A DNA stretch of 63,954 nt, the filler included, from Conidiobolus incongruus B7586 (lineage: Eukaryota), in the NCBI GenBank assembly GCA_000697335.1. It is 11 parts of 11 records of this genome, joined end to end, with 100 filler letters (N's around TTAATTAATTAA, not from the genome) between each part and the next. Parts side by side here need not be neighbours in the genome. Positions count along the whole stretch, not along the records: positions 34,082 to 46,441 come from JNEM01000204.1; positions 46,542 to 55,074 come from JNEM01000205.1; positions 55,175 to 62,792 come from JNEM01000206.1; 8 more parts are not named here. One strand, given 5' to 3'. Numbering within the stretch: position 1 is the first letter of the stretch; every line of letters starts with the position of its first letter. A program made the translations under genes and the position numbers. Positions 42,395-55,953 of this stretch are shown here, piece after piece. The notes below the pieces were generated by a model. It searched no databases and had not been told where the DNA came from. It worked only from the letters and a program-made list of their open reading frames with translations.

Positions 42395-42760
42395 TTAATT
42401 ACTTCTCAACACTTCAGGTGTTAAGGTGAGCTTCAAAGTAGGCATTGTTTCGCATCCATTGCCATTAAATCCTTGTTGGACAACTGCGTCGAATTCCTCG
42501 TCGGAATCAAATTGGCGAAGCTCAAAACCCTTTTGATAAAGAGCAGTGTCCATATCAAGGGCTGATGGAATAGCAGATTTTGTGAAAGCATTTGAGCAAA
42601 TTGAAGAAGCAGAAGTTGTTGAGGTTTGTGAATAAATGGATACATTAGATTCTCTGCGACGCATTTGGGAAATGTATGCAATATTTTGGATGTACTCAAC
42701 AGATTCTGAGGATTCAATAATTTGAATGAACTGTTCATAACTTAAATCTGAAGAACTCAT
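42395..42760 (-). CDS. Small unknown protein, paralogue B (121 aa)
   Basis: MSSSDLSYEQFIQ...RRRESNVSIYSQTS...PTLKLTLTPEVLRSN. The TATAAAAGGGCTATACATC block matches the promoter of paralogue A. Confidence 0.85.
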   Translation of the reverse strand: MSSSDLSYEQFIQIIESSESVEYIQNIAYISQMRRRESNVSIYSQTSTTSASSICSNAFTKSAIPSALDMDTALYQKGFELRQFDSDEEFDAVVQQGFNGNGCETMPTLKLTLTPEVLRSN

Positions 42761-44218
42761 GATGCTTAAAATGATAATGAAATTAATTGGTAACGAATTG
42801 CAATCAATCATGATGTATAGCCCTTTTATATTCTATAATTTGCTTGACATCAATGCAAATTTGTATCCAAATTAGGATTTTTATAAATCAACCAATCCAA
42901 AAACAGATTAATATACCTAAAAAAATCGAGTTGCTGGATAAAGTTGAGAATAATTATTATTCATATTTTGAATTATTTATTTATTGTCATCAGTTGTGTA
43001 AAGTGAACCAATCAAAGGCTATTATTTAATATAGAGAAATAACAAATATTTATTTGACTAAAGCGTGAATAACTTAATTTTGATAATAATCAAAATTATT
43101 AGTTAATCAAAAATTCTTTTATGAATTATTATAAGATTTCTAACCTAAAATATATGAATATTTGATAATTTAAATAAATCATAATATATCTATTATTGAA
43201 AAGGTACTTTTTCATATAATCAATATTTTTGAAATCATTAAATTTGTCTAGAATTTAAGAACTATGGTGCATAATTTTTTTCGAAATGGCTTGAATTTTT
43301 CTGCGCAAATATGTTGGTGAAGTTGAGTTTCCACATTGTTGGCATGGTTCAAAATGTGATTCAAGTTCTAATATTGCTTCCCACAATAATATGTTATTAA
43401 TGTATAAAAGATATTATGTATCACGATTATAATAAAGATTAATAATAACATAATGCGTCCTTTCTCTATTTACCAGATATCGATAGTTTTAATATATTCA
43501 AAGTAAATCGTATTAATTGAGTTAAAAATTATGCTACAAAATTGATCTAATTTAGGAAAGTTCAAATGAATAAGTTTTCCCATTGACTTATTTTGGAAAT
43601 AGGATAAACAATCAATATCATAACAAATCTAGATATTTTAATGATAAAGAGAAAAAATTTATTTGATAAATTAAGTTTGATCAAACCTAGAATCAATAAA
43701 TATGTCAGAATATCAAAATGGACTACTCTAATTATAAATCAAATCGAACTCCTTACACAATTTTCAAAGAACAATACCAATTTAAAGACAAAAAGAGTAT
43801 TTCATTTAATTAACAAGATTTATTGATAAAATTTAGGTTTTAAATCTAGACATTTTTATATTGAATTAGATTTTAATTATTGATATTTATATAACTTTAT
43901 TTCTAACAAAGCCTATTAAAAATCTAGTCTTATAACCATGATACATTATTAGCAACTTAAATCAACATTGAAAAAATCAAATGTGAATTGAATTAGTTAT
44001 ATAAAACTAATTTTAATATAATCAAGTTATAGATAAATTTTTTCATTATACATAAAGAATTACATGTTTTTACATTTATTAAGATAGCTAGTAATATGAA
44101 TTATAAATTGATTAATTAATTAAATAAAAATAAATAATATCAATATTAATATAAAAAGTTCAAAATGAATTTATTAACTTCAAATTTTTTCATAAATTTT
44201 TTTACAAAACTGTTCAAG

Positions 44219-44472
44219 GTGGCTAGTAAGGCACTTTAAAGAGTTTTATTAAAATATCAATATGTAGGGTTTAGCCCTGATCAAAATCATCTCTGATTAA
44301 ATAATATTCAATAGTGTTTTTATAGTGTTATCAGTCCTTATAACAATGTATTGAATCACTGATTGTAGTTGTTGTCCAAGTTTCACATTATACAAGGACT
44401 CTGTATGGTACTTGTTTGTGAGCTATATTAGAAATAATGACAAATGATTCAAGTTGAATGGCGAGTTGACTT
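44219..44472 (+). repeat. Diverged ~250-nt repeat, copy A (inverted relative to 47741-47972)
   Basis: Shares AAAGAGTTTTATTAAAATATCAATATGTA and ATCACTGATTGTAG with the reverse complement of copy B. Confidence 0.8.
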
Positions 44473-46296
44473 CTCAATCAACTATAATGCTATAATTATT
44501 ATCAACTAAAGTAATAATGAGTTGAAGTATATCTATATTCATAATGAAATAACTGTATATATTATTTTTTAGGTAATAAATTCCAAATTTATGTCAAATT
44601 AATATTTTTATAAAAAATTAATAGATCAAGTAAAATTATTTATATAATCAAAATTTTATATTTTTTTAAACAAATCTAAATCAACAATTAAAATATATAT
44701 ATTGATATATGTAACTAATAAAAAATATTTAAGTCGATTTTAAATGCAAAAAAATAAACTATACAAATAACTCCAATTTAATAATTTAAAAATATATTAT
44801 AATAAATATATATATAGTTAAAATTAATAAGAATTTAGCTCAAAAGAGTAAAATTTAATATATTTTTTAATAAAATATTAATGATATAGGGCGGATATTT
44901 TGGTTTAGGGATATTAATTTGAACATGCAATTTACATGATATTTCAGAGAATATCTTTATAGATTTAGTGATTTAAAGTCTAGAAAATATATTAATATTT
45001 GACTATTTTGTAATATTTAATTTTATTTATTATAAGTAAAATTTCGATTGATTGAAGTTAAAAGTTTCAATTTATTAACTATAACTGAACGTGATATAAT
45101 TTTAATAATTTAGAATCAATTAACAATGTTCAAATTTACTGTTACCACAAAAATTGATATATACTTATATTATTAAAAAATAAAAACTTGGAAGGGTTGG
45201 TAAATAGACCATTTTAAGCATTTAAAACGAAGAATGCTTATATTGTTAAATTATAATAAACAAATTTCTCCTCTCCAAAAGTGCTAAAAACATTTCAATT
45301 TTGAATTTTCTATCGGTCAATTAACTGGTCTCAAATATTTGGTGATCATATTTGCATGAGTTAATTGATGTTGAAAAGTTATAAAATAATCGGGATGGAA
45401 ATAACACAAAAATTTTTCAGATTTAGTAACTGTGTGATAGTTTGACTATTTTAATTTTCCACCATTCTTATTCATATTAATTATTAATTGAAATGAAGTT
45501 AAAAATATTGTGACAATGAAAATGATAGTTGCGAAATTGTTGAGTTAGCGATTTGGAAAATTTAACTAGGTACTTTTTATTACAGACTGATTAAATTATT
45601 ATATTCATCTTCTCAAATAACAACTTTGAAGTTAAATAGTATATCAGCCATATTCAATTTTCACCTCAGAGAGAATGATTACAAATAATAATGTTAGTAC
45701 AACAATGCTATCAATTCAACTTAAAAATCCTCTATAATGTCTATTTCCTTTTTTCACCTATTAATTTAAAATTGATTTTAATAATAATATATGATTATCA
45801 TTTGAATGATTATTATTAAATTTAACAAATAGAGATAATTTAAAATCAAAATGATATCATTTACTAAAAATTCTTAAAATAATGATGTGAGGTGAATATT
45901 AGCATAAATATTTCATTACATTCTAATTATCAATATAACCTCTATTATAATAAATCTCTTATTAATATTAATTAATAATTACATGTTATAGCATTTAGTT
46001 AACTATATTAAACAATTTAATATCGATCAATATAATGCTAGTTTTATATATTTATTTTATTCAATTTAAAATGGTACTGTTTTAATATATTCATACCTTC
46101 AAATAAATGTAAGAGCTCTTAATCTAATATCAAATTAATTGACACACCATTATTATTTTAATTTTCAAATATCCCGATATTTAATAATATTTAATTTCAA
46201 ATAAAATAATGAGAATATTTTAGGAATTGGAAATTTATATTGAATAAACAATTTTATAATAACTAATAAGTAATTAAAATATTAAAATATTAAAAT

Positions 46297-46323
46297 ATAA
46301 TAATAATAATAATAATAATAATA
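46297..46323. repeat. (AAT)n microsatellite
   Basis: About nine tandem AAT units. Confidence 0.8.
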
Positions 46324-47740
46324 TTTTAATAATTTTATTATTTATTATTAACAATATGAAAAATTTTAATGAATAATTTTGAATTATTTTTTTTTAAAAA
46401 ATTTATATAGTATAAATATGAATAAAATTTTTTGATATTATNNNNNNNNNNNNNNNNNNNNNNNNNNNNNNNNNNNNNNNNNNNNTTAATTAATTAANNN
46501 NNNNNNNNNNNNNNNNNNNNNNNNNNNNNNNNNNNNNNNNNATAAATTTAAAATTTAATAATAAAATCATTAATATAATTACTATAAGCTTCGACACATA
46601 AGTAATTTAAATAATTTAAATAATTTAAATAATTGAATCAATGTATTAAGAGTATTTATTTATTTTGTAATGTTTACTAAATATCTCAAAAAATAAATTC
46701 TAATAATATAATGTTATAAATTGTAAAATAAAATCTTTATTATATACGTAAATAAGATAAATTTAATTAGAAAAACTTAATAAATTATGATAATAATTGT
46801 TTTAATATAATCAAAGCTAATATAATTTTATCTATTAAGTATAAATGACTAATGTTATTACATCCATTATTCTCACAATAAATTAATCTTTGTTAATATA
46901 GTTTGACAAGTTAAAAAATTTAGTTTCAAAAAAATTAATTTAATTTTAAAGAAAAATTATAATAACCATTATAATGAAGTCAAACATATACCATATTATG
47001 GAATTTTGCTATTAAGTAAGGCGAGAATTTTCATTCATTAAAATATTACTCTTTTTACTTTATTTTGTTAAAATAAAATTTCAAAATGATGAGCTTATTC
47101 GTTCAATTACTTTATATCAATTTGAAAGGTCAATTATGGTATCATAAATAAATAATTAAAAACTATTTAATAACCTCTTATATTAATATTTGATGCTTTG
47201 AAAAGTAATTAATATCATATAATCTAGTTTATATTGAGGCCTTATATGTTTTAATTGAATATTCTCAATAAGAATCTCATTAATGCAGTAAAGGCTTAAT
47301 GATATTACTGTCAATTTAAATAAAATAGCAATATTATTCACTCTATAAAAATTGATTTTATTGAATATTAGTCTGTAAATTTTGGCCAAAAATCAAACTA
47401 TAATATTGTATTAAAAGAGGACTATTAGATCACCTAAAATTTATTAACATATTAACAAATTTATTTATTGAAGATAGGAATATTAGAATTATATATTCAA
47501 TATATAATTATAACTCACTGAGTATCTGATTTTGGATAATTTAAATATGATTTATTTCATAATCAATCCTATTCGAATTGATCATAAAATATATATCTTT
47601 TGGAATAAAATATCCAATTTACAAATAAAATGTAAATATTTCAACTATTATATCTGAATATCTTTGCGTTAATGACATTAAAATTCTGTATAAAATTGAT
47701 AATAATTGGGTTTTTAATCGAATATATTGCCTTGGATAAG

Positions 47741-47972
47741 GAAGTCCACTAACAATTTAAGCCATTCGTCATTATGTACAGTATAACTCACAACCAAGAA
47801 CCATGTGGAACCGGGTCAACAGCTACAATCAGTGATCCAAAACATTATCGTAAGGACGCATAATGCTACAAAATCATTACTGAACACATATTTGCTCGGG
47901 TATCATTTCAACAGGTCCAAGTCGTACATATTGATATTTTAATAAAACTCTTTGAAGTATCTCGTTAGCCAC
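47741..47972 (-). repeat. Diverged repeat, copy B
   Basis: TACATATTGATATTTTAATAAAACTCTTT and CTACAATCAGTGAT are reverse complements of blocks in copy A. Confidence 0.8.
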
Positions 47973-50259
47973 TTTTAGCTTGTTTCATTGAATATACTTG
48001 ATCCTTATTGAAAGGCTATTTTCTGGCAGACATGTAACACTGTTTTAATTCACGGGCGTTAAAACAATATAGAAAACTAATATTAAGATATATTTATTAA
48101 TATATCTTACTTTTTATGAAGTTTATATAAATATATATATGTATTATTTGCTTAATATTTATACATTTCTAAATTGAAAAAATTAAATTTAAGATTGATA
48201 TGTTGTGATGCTGATTGTATAGCAGTTATAAAAATTAAATTTCAAATCATTCCAATGGTCTTGATATAATTCAAAATTATATCTGAGAATATTGACTAAT
48301 TGTTTAAAATATAGTTTATAGTTTATTATTTTACAAAATTTAATTTAATGATTAAATTTATTCATTTTAATTTATAATATATTTTCAATAACCAATCAAA
48401 AATTTCCTATGTATATGTCATTCATATAAAAAATCTAATTAAAATGAATATTATTAATAGATATTATATTGAAACATATTTATAAATTCGTATTTATGGT
48501 AACTATATAGTTACTTTCAAACATACCTTTATATCTTTATATCTTTAAAGATATTAAACTTATTGTTAAATCCACTCGCAAAAATGCAAATTAGCAATTT
48601 TGAATTATGAATTGAATAGATCAATTATATAATTTTAAGAGATTTTATTTGTTTTTTAATGTGTCCAAATAGTGATATTCAGTTGTATTTTTATTTACCT
48701 TTTTTTTCTTTTCATAATTAGTATATGAGTATAATAATATATAATTTATAATTTTTTCATAATCAAGATAAAATCTTTTATAAGATACAATTTTGGTTAA
48801 TAATATTAATATTGATATTGTTTAAATTTAATTCAAAAATTTTGTTAATATATAATATCATACTAATAAATAACCATATTCATAATTACACACATGAGAT
48901 TAAATCAATGATTCAGTGGGAATATTTAGGGTAAACTCTAACATTTAATAATTTATTAACTATGAGAATAATTAGTACCAAAAATTGTAAAATTAAAGAT
49001 AACACGATGTAAATTTGTATTTTATCGGGATAATACTATCAAAATGTAAACCAAACGGCAAATTTGAAATAAAATCAGATTGAGTTATTAGTAATGAAGT
49101 AATAAATGTATATTATGTTGATTGAGATAGAATTATAGTTAATAATAGGATAAAATTTATTAAACATTAATACTCTTTTTAGTTGTTAACAATTTATTTA
49201 AAATGAATCTAACAATTAATCAAATAAACATTATTTATTAGCTATTAAAATTCAGTGAAATAAACATATAAAATTGTAAAATTGGATAAATGAAAGTGTT
49301 TATAGAATTATAATAAATTCCATACCAAATGGGAGAGTAAAATACCTCAATTTTACAAAGTCAGCATTTGTAAATGCAAATGTGGTATAAGTCATCAAAA
49401 GAATTGCAAGTCAATACATTAGGAAATTATCAAAAATATAAGATTATTGAAACAATATTGTAACATTTAATATACACACAAAATCTAGATTTCTGTTTAC
49501 TGTAATTCTATTGATGATTATCATATGAATGTATCAAAACACATATGAGATCACAAAAGTTACACTGATATGATCTGAATACTTGATAGTTATTTATGCC
49601 AACACTTACAAGATATACCATTTATACTATTAATTTTTCGACAATATATAGTATTCATATATTCATTCTCATAATACACTTCTAAGGTACACCGAAAATT
49701 TTACTTCAATTGTTTTGCCAAAAATATGGAAAATTTCGGCAAGGATAAAGCGATTATCCATCCTTTTATATTCTCATACACAATACATTAATTGATGAAA
49801 TATATTAAAGATGAAAAATTTTGATAATACAACCTTACCAATTCTAAACATTGAAATAGACTCTTAAAGCTTATGGATTATATTAGTTAAAATATATCAT
49901 GTTAATAAAATAGTAAATTGATTTTGAATAGGATTTTTGATTTCAAACTAGTCAATGAGTCTATAATGTTTCAATAATTTGAGTTACAAGAAGTATGTAT
50001 TCTTTACTTTTAAATTAAACAAATTATTAATAATGCATAAGTTAACCGGATGATTTAATTAATAGTGGTTATTTCTACATGATTCAATCATTTATAAAAG
50101 TTAGTTCTTGGATCCAATCTTTCGGAGTATTAGCGGGGCTAAAATCAATTAGTTAATTGATGATAACAATCATTTATGATGAGATTTATAGTTAATCTAA
50201 AATTGATGTGCCACTATATAAAGCACTAATTTCTTCGCCATTGAATTACAAAACTGAAA

Positions 50260-52164
50260 ATGATTTCATATATATTATTAGGGTTTATAAGCTATATACT
50301 CTTTAAAGTCTATAATTACTTTAAATGTCCAAAGGATTGGGAAGAACTTCCCGCATTGCCACTTTTCTCATTTTTGAAATTTCAAATATCCAAACAAGCT
50401 TGGGATGAAAAAATGGAAGCTACAATTCAACCCATTTTGAATAAGTATGGTGTTGTTAGGGTAATTTATAATTATTAACTATGATTTAAATGTGATTTTT
50501 AAATATTTGTAAGGTTTTTACTTTCCAAGGATGGACTTTGATGGTTGGTGATCCAAAAATAACTAAAGAAATTTTTTCAAAGCCAGGTATATTGAAAAAT
50601 AACTTGAAATATTTATGAAAATTTATTTATACTTCTCTAGAAATTTTCTATAAGCCATTTCGTGATAGCATATTTATCAACAAGAATTTCATGAAATTAA
50701 TTGGAAGAAGTACTGTTGGAGGAAGTAATGGAGAGGTAATGATAAAGTTGTAAATTATTAATCGATATAATTGATCTCAACAATTCACTTAGAATTGGAA
50801 GCGTCATCGTAAAGTATTAAATCCAGTTTTTAAGAAAACTTGGGGTACTGAATTATTCGGTAAATGCACTAAAGAAGTTATCGACAAATGGGAACAACAA
50901 TCCGATAAACCTATTCTAGTTGGAGATTTGATTCAAAAGTAATATCAATAATGTATTATAAACTACATCGAACTAATGATATAAATCAGAATGACTTTGG
51001 ATGTATTAGGTAGAGCTATTTTGGATGTCGATTTTCAGGTATTTTACTAAAAAATAATATAATATTTCTCATTCTAATTTGCAATTTATAGTCTGTTAAA
51101 GATCCTAATTCAAAGATCTTTCATCTGTATACCAGTATTGTGGAAAAAATCCTTGGAGAACCTCTTTATCTTGCTTTCCCATTTTTAGAATACATTCCAT
51201 TTATTAAAAGATCTAAATTGGCCAAGAAACTGGATGATTACAATGAATTGGTTGAAAGTATTATTAAATTAAGGAAGGAGCAGATGAAAGATCCTAATAA
51301 TGCACATAATGATAACTTGATCAAGGCGATGATTAAATCTAGTGAACAATCTGAAGGTGCACAACTTAGTGAAGAAGAAATTAGAGTAATTATATTTATT
51401 TTACGCTTCTCATACAAAATAATAACGCTATTTAACCTAGGATAATCTGAAAACATTTATTTTAGCCGGCCATGATACAACTTCCAATACTTTAAATGCT
51501 ACATTATATTATTTAGCTCGCTATCCAGTAAATTTCATTATTATACCATTTTGTGCTATTATTAAAATTATTATTTAGGAAGTGCAAGATAAATTGAGAA
51601 AAGAAATATTAGAAGCTGTGGGAAATGTCAAAGAACTTACCATCCCCACTATTGATCAAGTTAAGCAAACTCCTTATATGGATACAGTTATCAAAGAATC
51701 CATGAGAATTATGACTACCGCTGCTATGATCCAACGTTTTGCAGCAGATAACTACACTATGAGTAATGGCATTAGAATTCCCAAAGGTGCTCCACTTTTA
51801 GTTAATTTATGGGGTGCCCATCATAATACATCCGCGTTCTCGAAGCCATTCGAATTCAACCCTGATAGATTTACAGATATATCAAGTGAAGAAAGTCGCG
51901 CTTGGCAGCCATTTATCACTGGAGCTCGTACATGTAAGAATAGTTATTTCTGCAATATAATAATTTCAAACTAACAAAGATTTTAACTTAGGTATTGGTA
52001 TGGGCTTCTCTTTGTTGGAACAACGTGTTGCATTATCTATGATTTTACAAAAATTTGAACTTAGTATTTCTAATGAGAACCCCGATTTTGATCAATTGAG
52101 ATTAACTAACATTGGTATCATTAGTCCAGTTAATCTTAAATTGACTTTGAAGCCTAGAATTTGA
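50260..52164 (+). CDS. Cytochrome P450, 9 exons (50260-50460, 50514-50586, 50641-50735, 50793-50938, 50990-51038, 51092-51385, 51441-51527, 51579-51933, 51992-52164)
   Basis: N-terminal membrane anchor, WKRHRK, I-helix AGHDTT, ESMR (ExxR), PDRF and the spliced heme motif FITGARTCIG. TATATAAA at ~50215. Confidence 0.96.
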
Positions 52165-52202
52165 TTTTTTCATAAAATATCAGTAAAATAAATTTATTTT
52201 AT

Positions 52203-52540
52203 TGTCACGAGTCAAGAGACTCCTCTCTTACTAAATATGTTTACATCATCTGAATATAAGAGTCATTCCCTCCTCACATCATCAGCCACTTCGGTTTTAT
52301 CCTTTAATTGGCTGATGATACAAGCCACCAGAAAACCTCATAAATCTCCTTACCCTATTCACTCTATATAAATCCCGGAATTAGAGCTATCCTTAAGAGG
52401 ACGAGCTCGATCTTGGTCTTCCCAGCTATCTTTCTTAATCCAATAAACTCCCTCTCTCCCTGACAGTTACTTGGAATTCTCCAGATATCTCTCCTGTATT
52501 TAAATTAACCCGAACACGGCATTCCTAACTCGTGTTAATA
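52203..52540 (+). mobile_element. Solo LTR-like element (~338 nt)
   Basis: Starts TGTCACGAGT and ends ACTCGTGTTAATA (terminal CA probably mutated to TA). TTAT flanks both sides. Internal ATTGG, TATATAAA (52365) and AATAAA (52442) occur in U3-R-U5 order. Confidence 0.7.
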
Positions 52541-54451
52541 TTATTAATTTTTTAAATATTGTACCTTGAAATACATAAAATAATTTTTAAAATCCATTAT
52601 TAATTAAATATTGACTTCAACTATTTAATTAAGTAATGCATAATTTTCAAATTATATTTAATTTATTCCAATTCAAAATTAATAACTCTATTATGTTCAA
52701 AGTATGAAATTGAATCTATTTTTAACAAAAATAACTTATTTTCATCAATATAAAGAGCATAATTTATGCTTATAAATGACTATTTGCCAAACCTATTTTA
52801 CATTTTTTTATAATTATCTTCAGGAAAATCATTAATTACAATTAAATATATTTTGCCATAAATTAATTACTATATAATTAATTTTATTTAATTTAGATAA
52901 ATATTTAAAATTATTACAATATCCATCTAATTGTTTTAATAACAAAAGTGGTATACATACACTTCGAATCTATTTTCATTTAAATACATTATAATTTTGA
53001 GTGATTTTAAGAAAGGTATTCCTATTTGTCAATTAATTTTTATTTGAAATAAATATATTAATATTCAAACTCAGATAATTATCACAAATTAAAAATAAGC
53101 AAATACATGTCAAAATTATAAAAAATATCAATTATACATAATGATATTATAACTTATAAAACTATAAAAAAATAATATAGCTAAACAATAAAAATACAAC
53201 CTTGAATGAAAATTTGATTTCGTTCAAAATAGGATAATGTCTTATTTAAAATTACTCATATTTCTAGATTATTAATTTATTTTTCATTTTAAGTTGAATT
53301 ATCTTTTAAATATAACTAATCGCAAACTAGATAGGTTTATTGTTCAAATACATATTATATAGTAAAAAAATATTAAAATATTAATGTTAATTAAAATTTT
53401 AAAATACATTTTTTGTTGGAAAAATAAGTATATATTTATGGCTTGTCACTTTTCTTAATACATCATTAAATTATTTCATCAATATCTCATTGAAAATAAA
53501 TTTAAATACTAAAAAACCAATGTTACTTTATTATTAAATAGATATTATTTTATAAATGTAATTTTAAACATTTATCTAAGATGATTAACATAGAATTAAT
53601 TGAAAAAATTTAATAAATTTATGATAGATTTAGATTAATTTTTTAATGAAATAGTATAATATAAATTTCAATTTAATTAAAATATTAAAATGATATTATT
53701 AATTTTATCACATTTTAGGCTATGAAAAAGTCATTGCAAATATTTTAAAATTAATTTTTAATTTGAATTGAGGCAAAATTAAAAATATAAATTATTAAAG
53801 TGTATTTTTTTTTGAAATTTCTTATATTTAATACCAAAATAATTAATAAATAAATATATATGTATATAAATATATATTTGACAGAAATAAATCTTATTTT
53901 CTTATCTATTGATTAAAAATCATATATTTGTGAAATTTATTCAAGTTACAATTCCGTAATAAAATTGAAAAAATAATATTTGATAAGATTAATAATATAA
54001 TTGAACTTTTGAATTATTAATCTTTTATAATAAAAATTGCTATTAAGATATAATAAACATATTAAATACCAATATCAATAATTTTGAACCTTTGTTTTGA
54101 TGTTATTAGGATAGTTATCATAAATTGATTGTTTAATTAGTTTTTTATATTGCAGTCAACTTATGAATTTGATAAATATTTCCTATCTGTTTTAAATACT
54201 ATGACAAAGCATAAAATATTTGATATAAAATTTAATAATTAAATATAATTGAATATTATATATAAATCTTAAATAAAATAATTTAAGACATGTAAAAATT
54301 CATTATTTTGATAATTTTGGTCTAATGGTTAAATTTATCAGAGATATAAAAATATTTAAAAAAGCTATTCAATTTTATAAGATATCATTACAATAATAAA
54401 TTATGTAATTATTTAATTATTAAATTATCTTTATTATATCAATATGGAAAT

Positions 54452-55074
54452 TAAGAAATGAAAAAATTTTTAATTTCTGATCTTTCAAATATATTATATA
54501 TTTTGAAAGATTATTTATATATAAAAAATATAGGAAAATAAATATTCTCAAACTATATATATATTCAATTTTAAAGATTTTTTTATTAAAATATTTTGTT
54601 TTTAAAATTTATACTTAAATCTAATTATGCTTAAACCAGATTGTGATTATCAAAAGGCTTTTATTTTTGTATCTTTAAATCTTAACCATAAATCCTCTAA
54701 AATCATCTAAAACTTGCAAACAGCTTATAGAGATAGTGCTTTATCTAAAACTACCATATATCACTAGATTTGTGATTTTAAAGCTAAAAAAGACATTATT
54801 TAAAATTTTCTAAAATTTAAAAGTATAATTTCTATTGTTATTTTTTAACTTATTAATAAAATAAAAAAATATATTATTAATTACCTTTTTATTTCAGTTA
54901 AAGAATTATTAAAAAAATATAATATTAATTATATAAACATGTTATATCTATTTAAGTTTTAACTTAGATTAAATTATAAAAATATAAAATAAATATTTTA
55001 TAATTTAATAAAAGCTTAAAAAACTAAAATAGCTATAGCTAAACTAAACTTATTAAGGTATAACTAAAAAAAAG
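54452..55074 (+). mobile_element. Decayed mariner copy with best-preserved N-terminal HTH
   Basis: From ATG 54627: MLKPDCDYQKAFIFVSLNLNHKSSKII*NLQTAYRDSALSKTTIYH*ICDFKA, matching the mariner HTH pattern L..AYGDSALS..TVY.W...FK.G. Confidence 0.85.
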
Positions 55075-55881
55075 NNNNNNNNNNNNNNNNNNNNNNNNNN
55101 NNNNNNNNNNNNNNNNNNTTAATTAATTAANNNNNNNNNNNNNNNNNNNNNNNNNNNNNNNNNNNNNNNNNNNNAAGTCCAATATTAATATCTATATTAA
55201 TTTTTTAATATGATATAATATATAAATGATATTAAAATATATAATTAATATTAAGTTATTTATAAATAAATAATAATATATTTTAGTTAAATAATAGCAA
55301 ATAATTTAGATATATAATCAGCTTTATTAATTTAAATGATTTAATTAAATATAAGGTTTTTTTTTTAAAATTATATATTTTTTACAAATATATTCTGGAT
55401 TTAAAATGATTTTACTTATTTAATTGGTTATTATTTAAAATCTTTAATAGATTTACATTATTTGGTTTGTAATAAGTATAAAACAGTAGATATTTTAATA
55501 ATAATCGTAAAAATAAGTAAAACAATAAATAGTCTATAGAAACCATTCAAATGATAATAAAGTGATAAATAATTAAATATATTTTATCAAATTTATAATA
55601 TGAATATTAGAGCTATTAATTTTTTTATAAAATAAGTATTGATAATAAGTTTTAAAATCATTATTTTTTCAATACAATATAACTATATTATTTAAAATTG
55701 AAATTTATCTATTTTAGTTATTGATATATAATTTAGAATATTAAAGTTTTTTTTGAGTATATTCTATAATCTATATATAAATAAATATAATAATAATCTT
55801 ATAAGATTTAAGAAATATAAAGATTATACAACATTTATCAAAAGGATGATTGTGATTATTTTATTGAAGCAATAGTAATAT

Positions 55882-55953
55882 TACTCTAAGTTCGACTTGA
55901 ATCATTGATCCCTGTTAACAGTTAGATGATCAATCTATATGAGCTATAGAAGC
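55882..55953 (-). pseudogene. Decayed tRNA-like sequence, probably tRNA-Asn(GTT) pseudogene
   Basis: Reverse complement GCTTCTATAGCTCA...CATCTAA-CTGTTAA-CAGGGATCAATGATTCAAGTC...TAGAGT retains the A-box start, the GTT anticodon loop and a damaged T-loop. Stems pair poorly. Confidence 0.55.

Noticed and set aside
50260..52164. P450 as part of a secondary-metabolite cluster
   Set aside because: No PKS, NRPS, terpene synthase or transporter genes are visible nearby.
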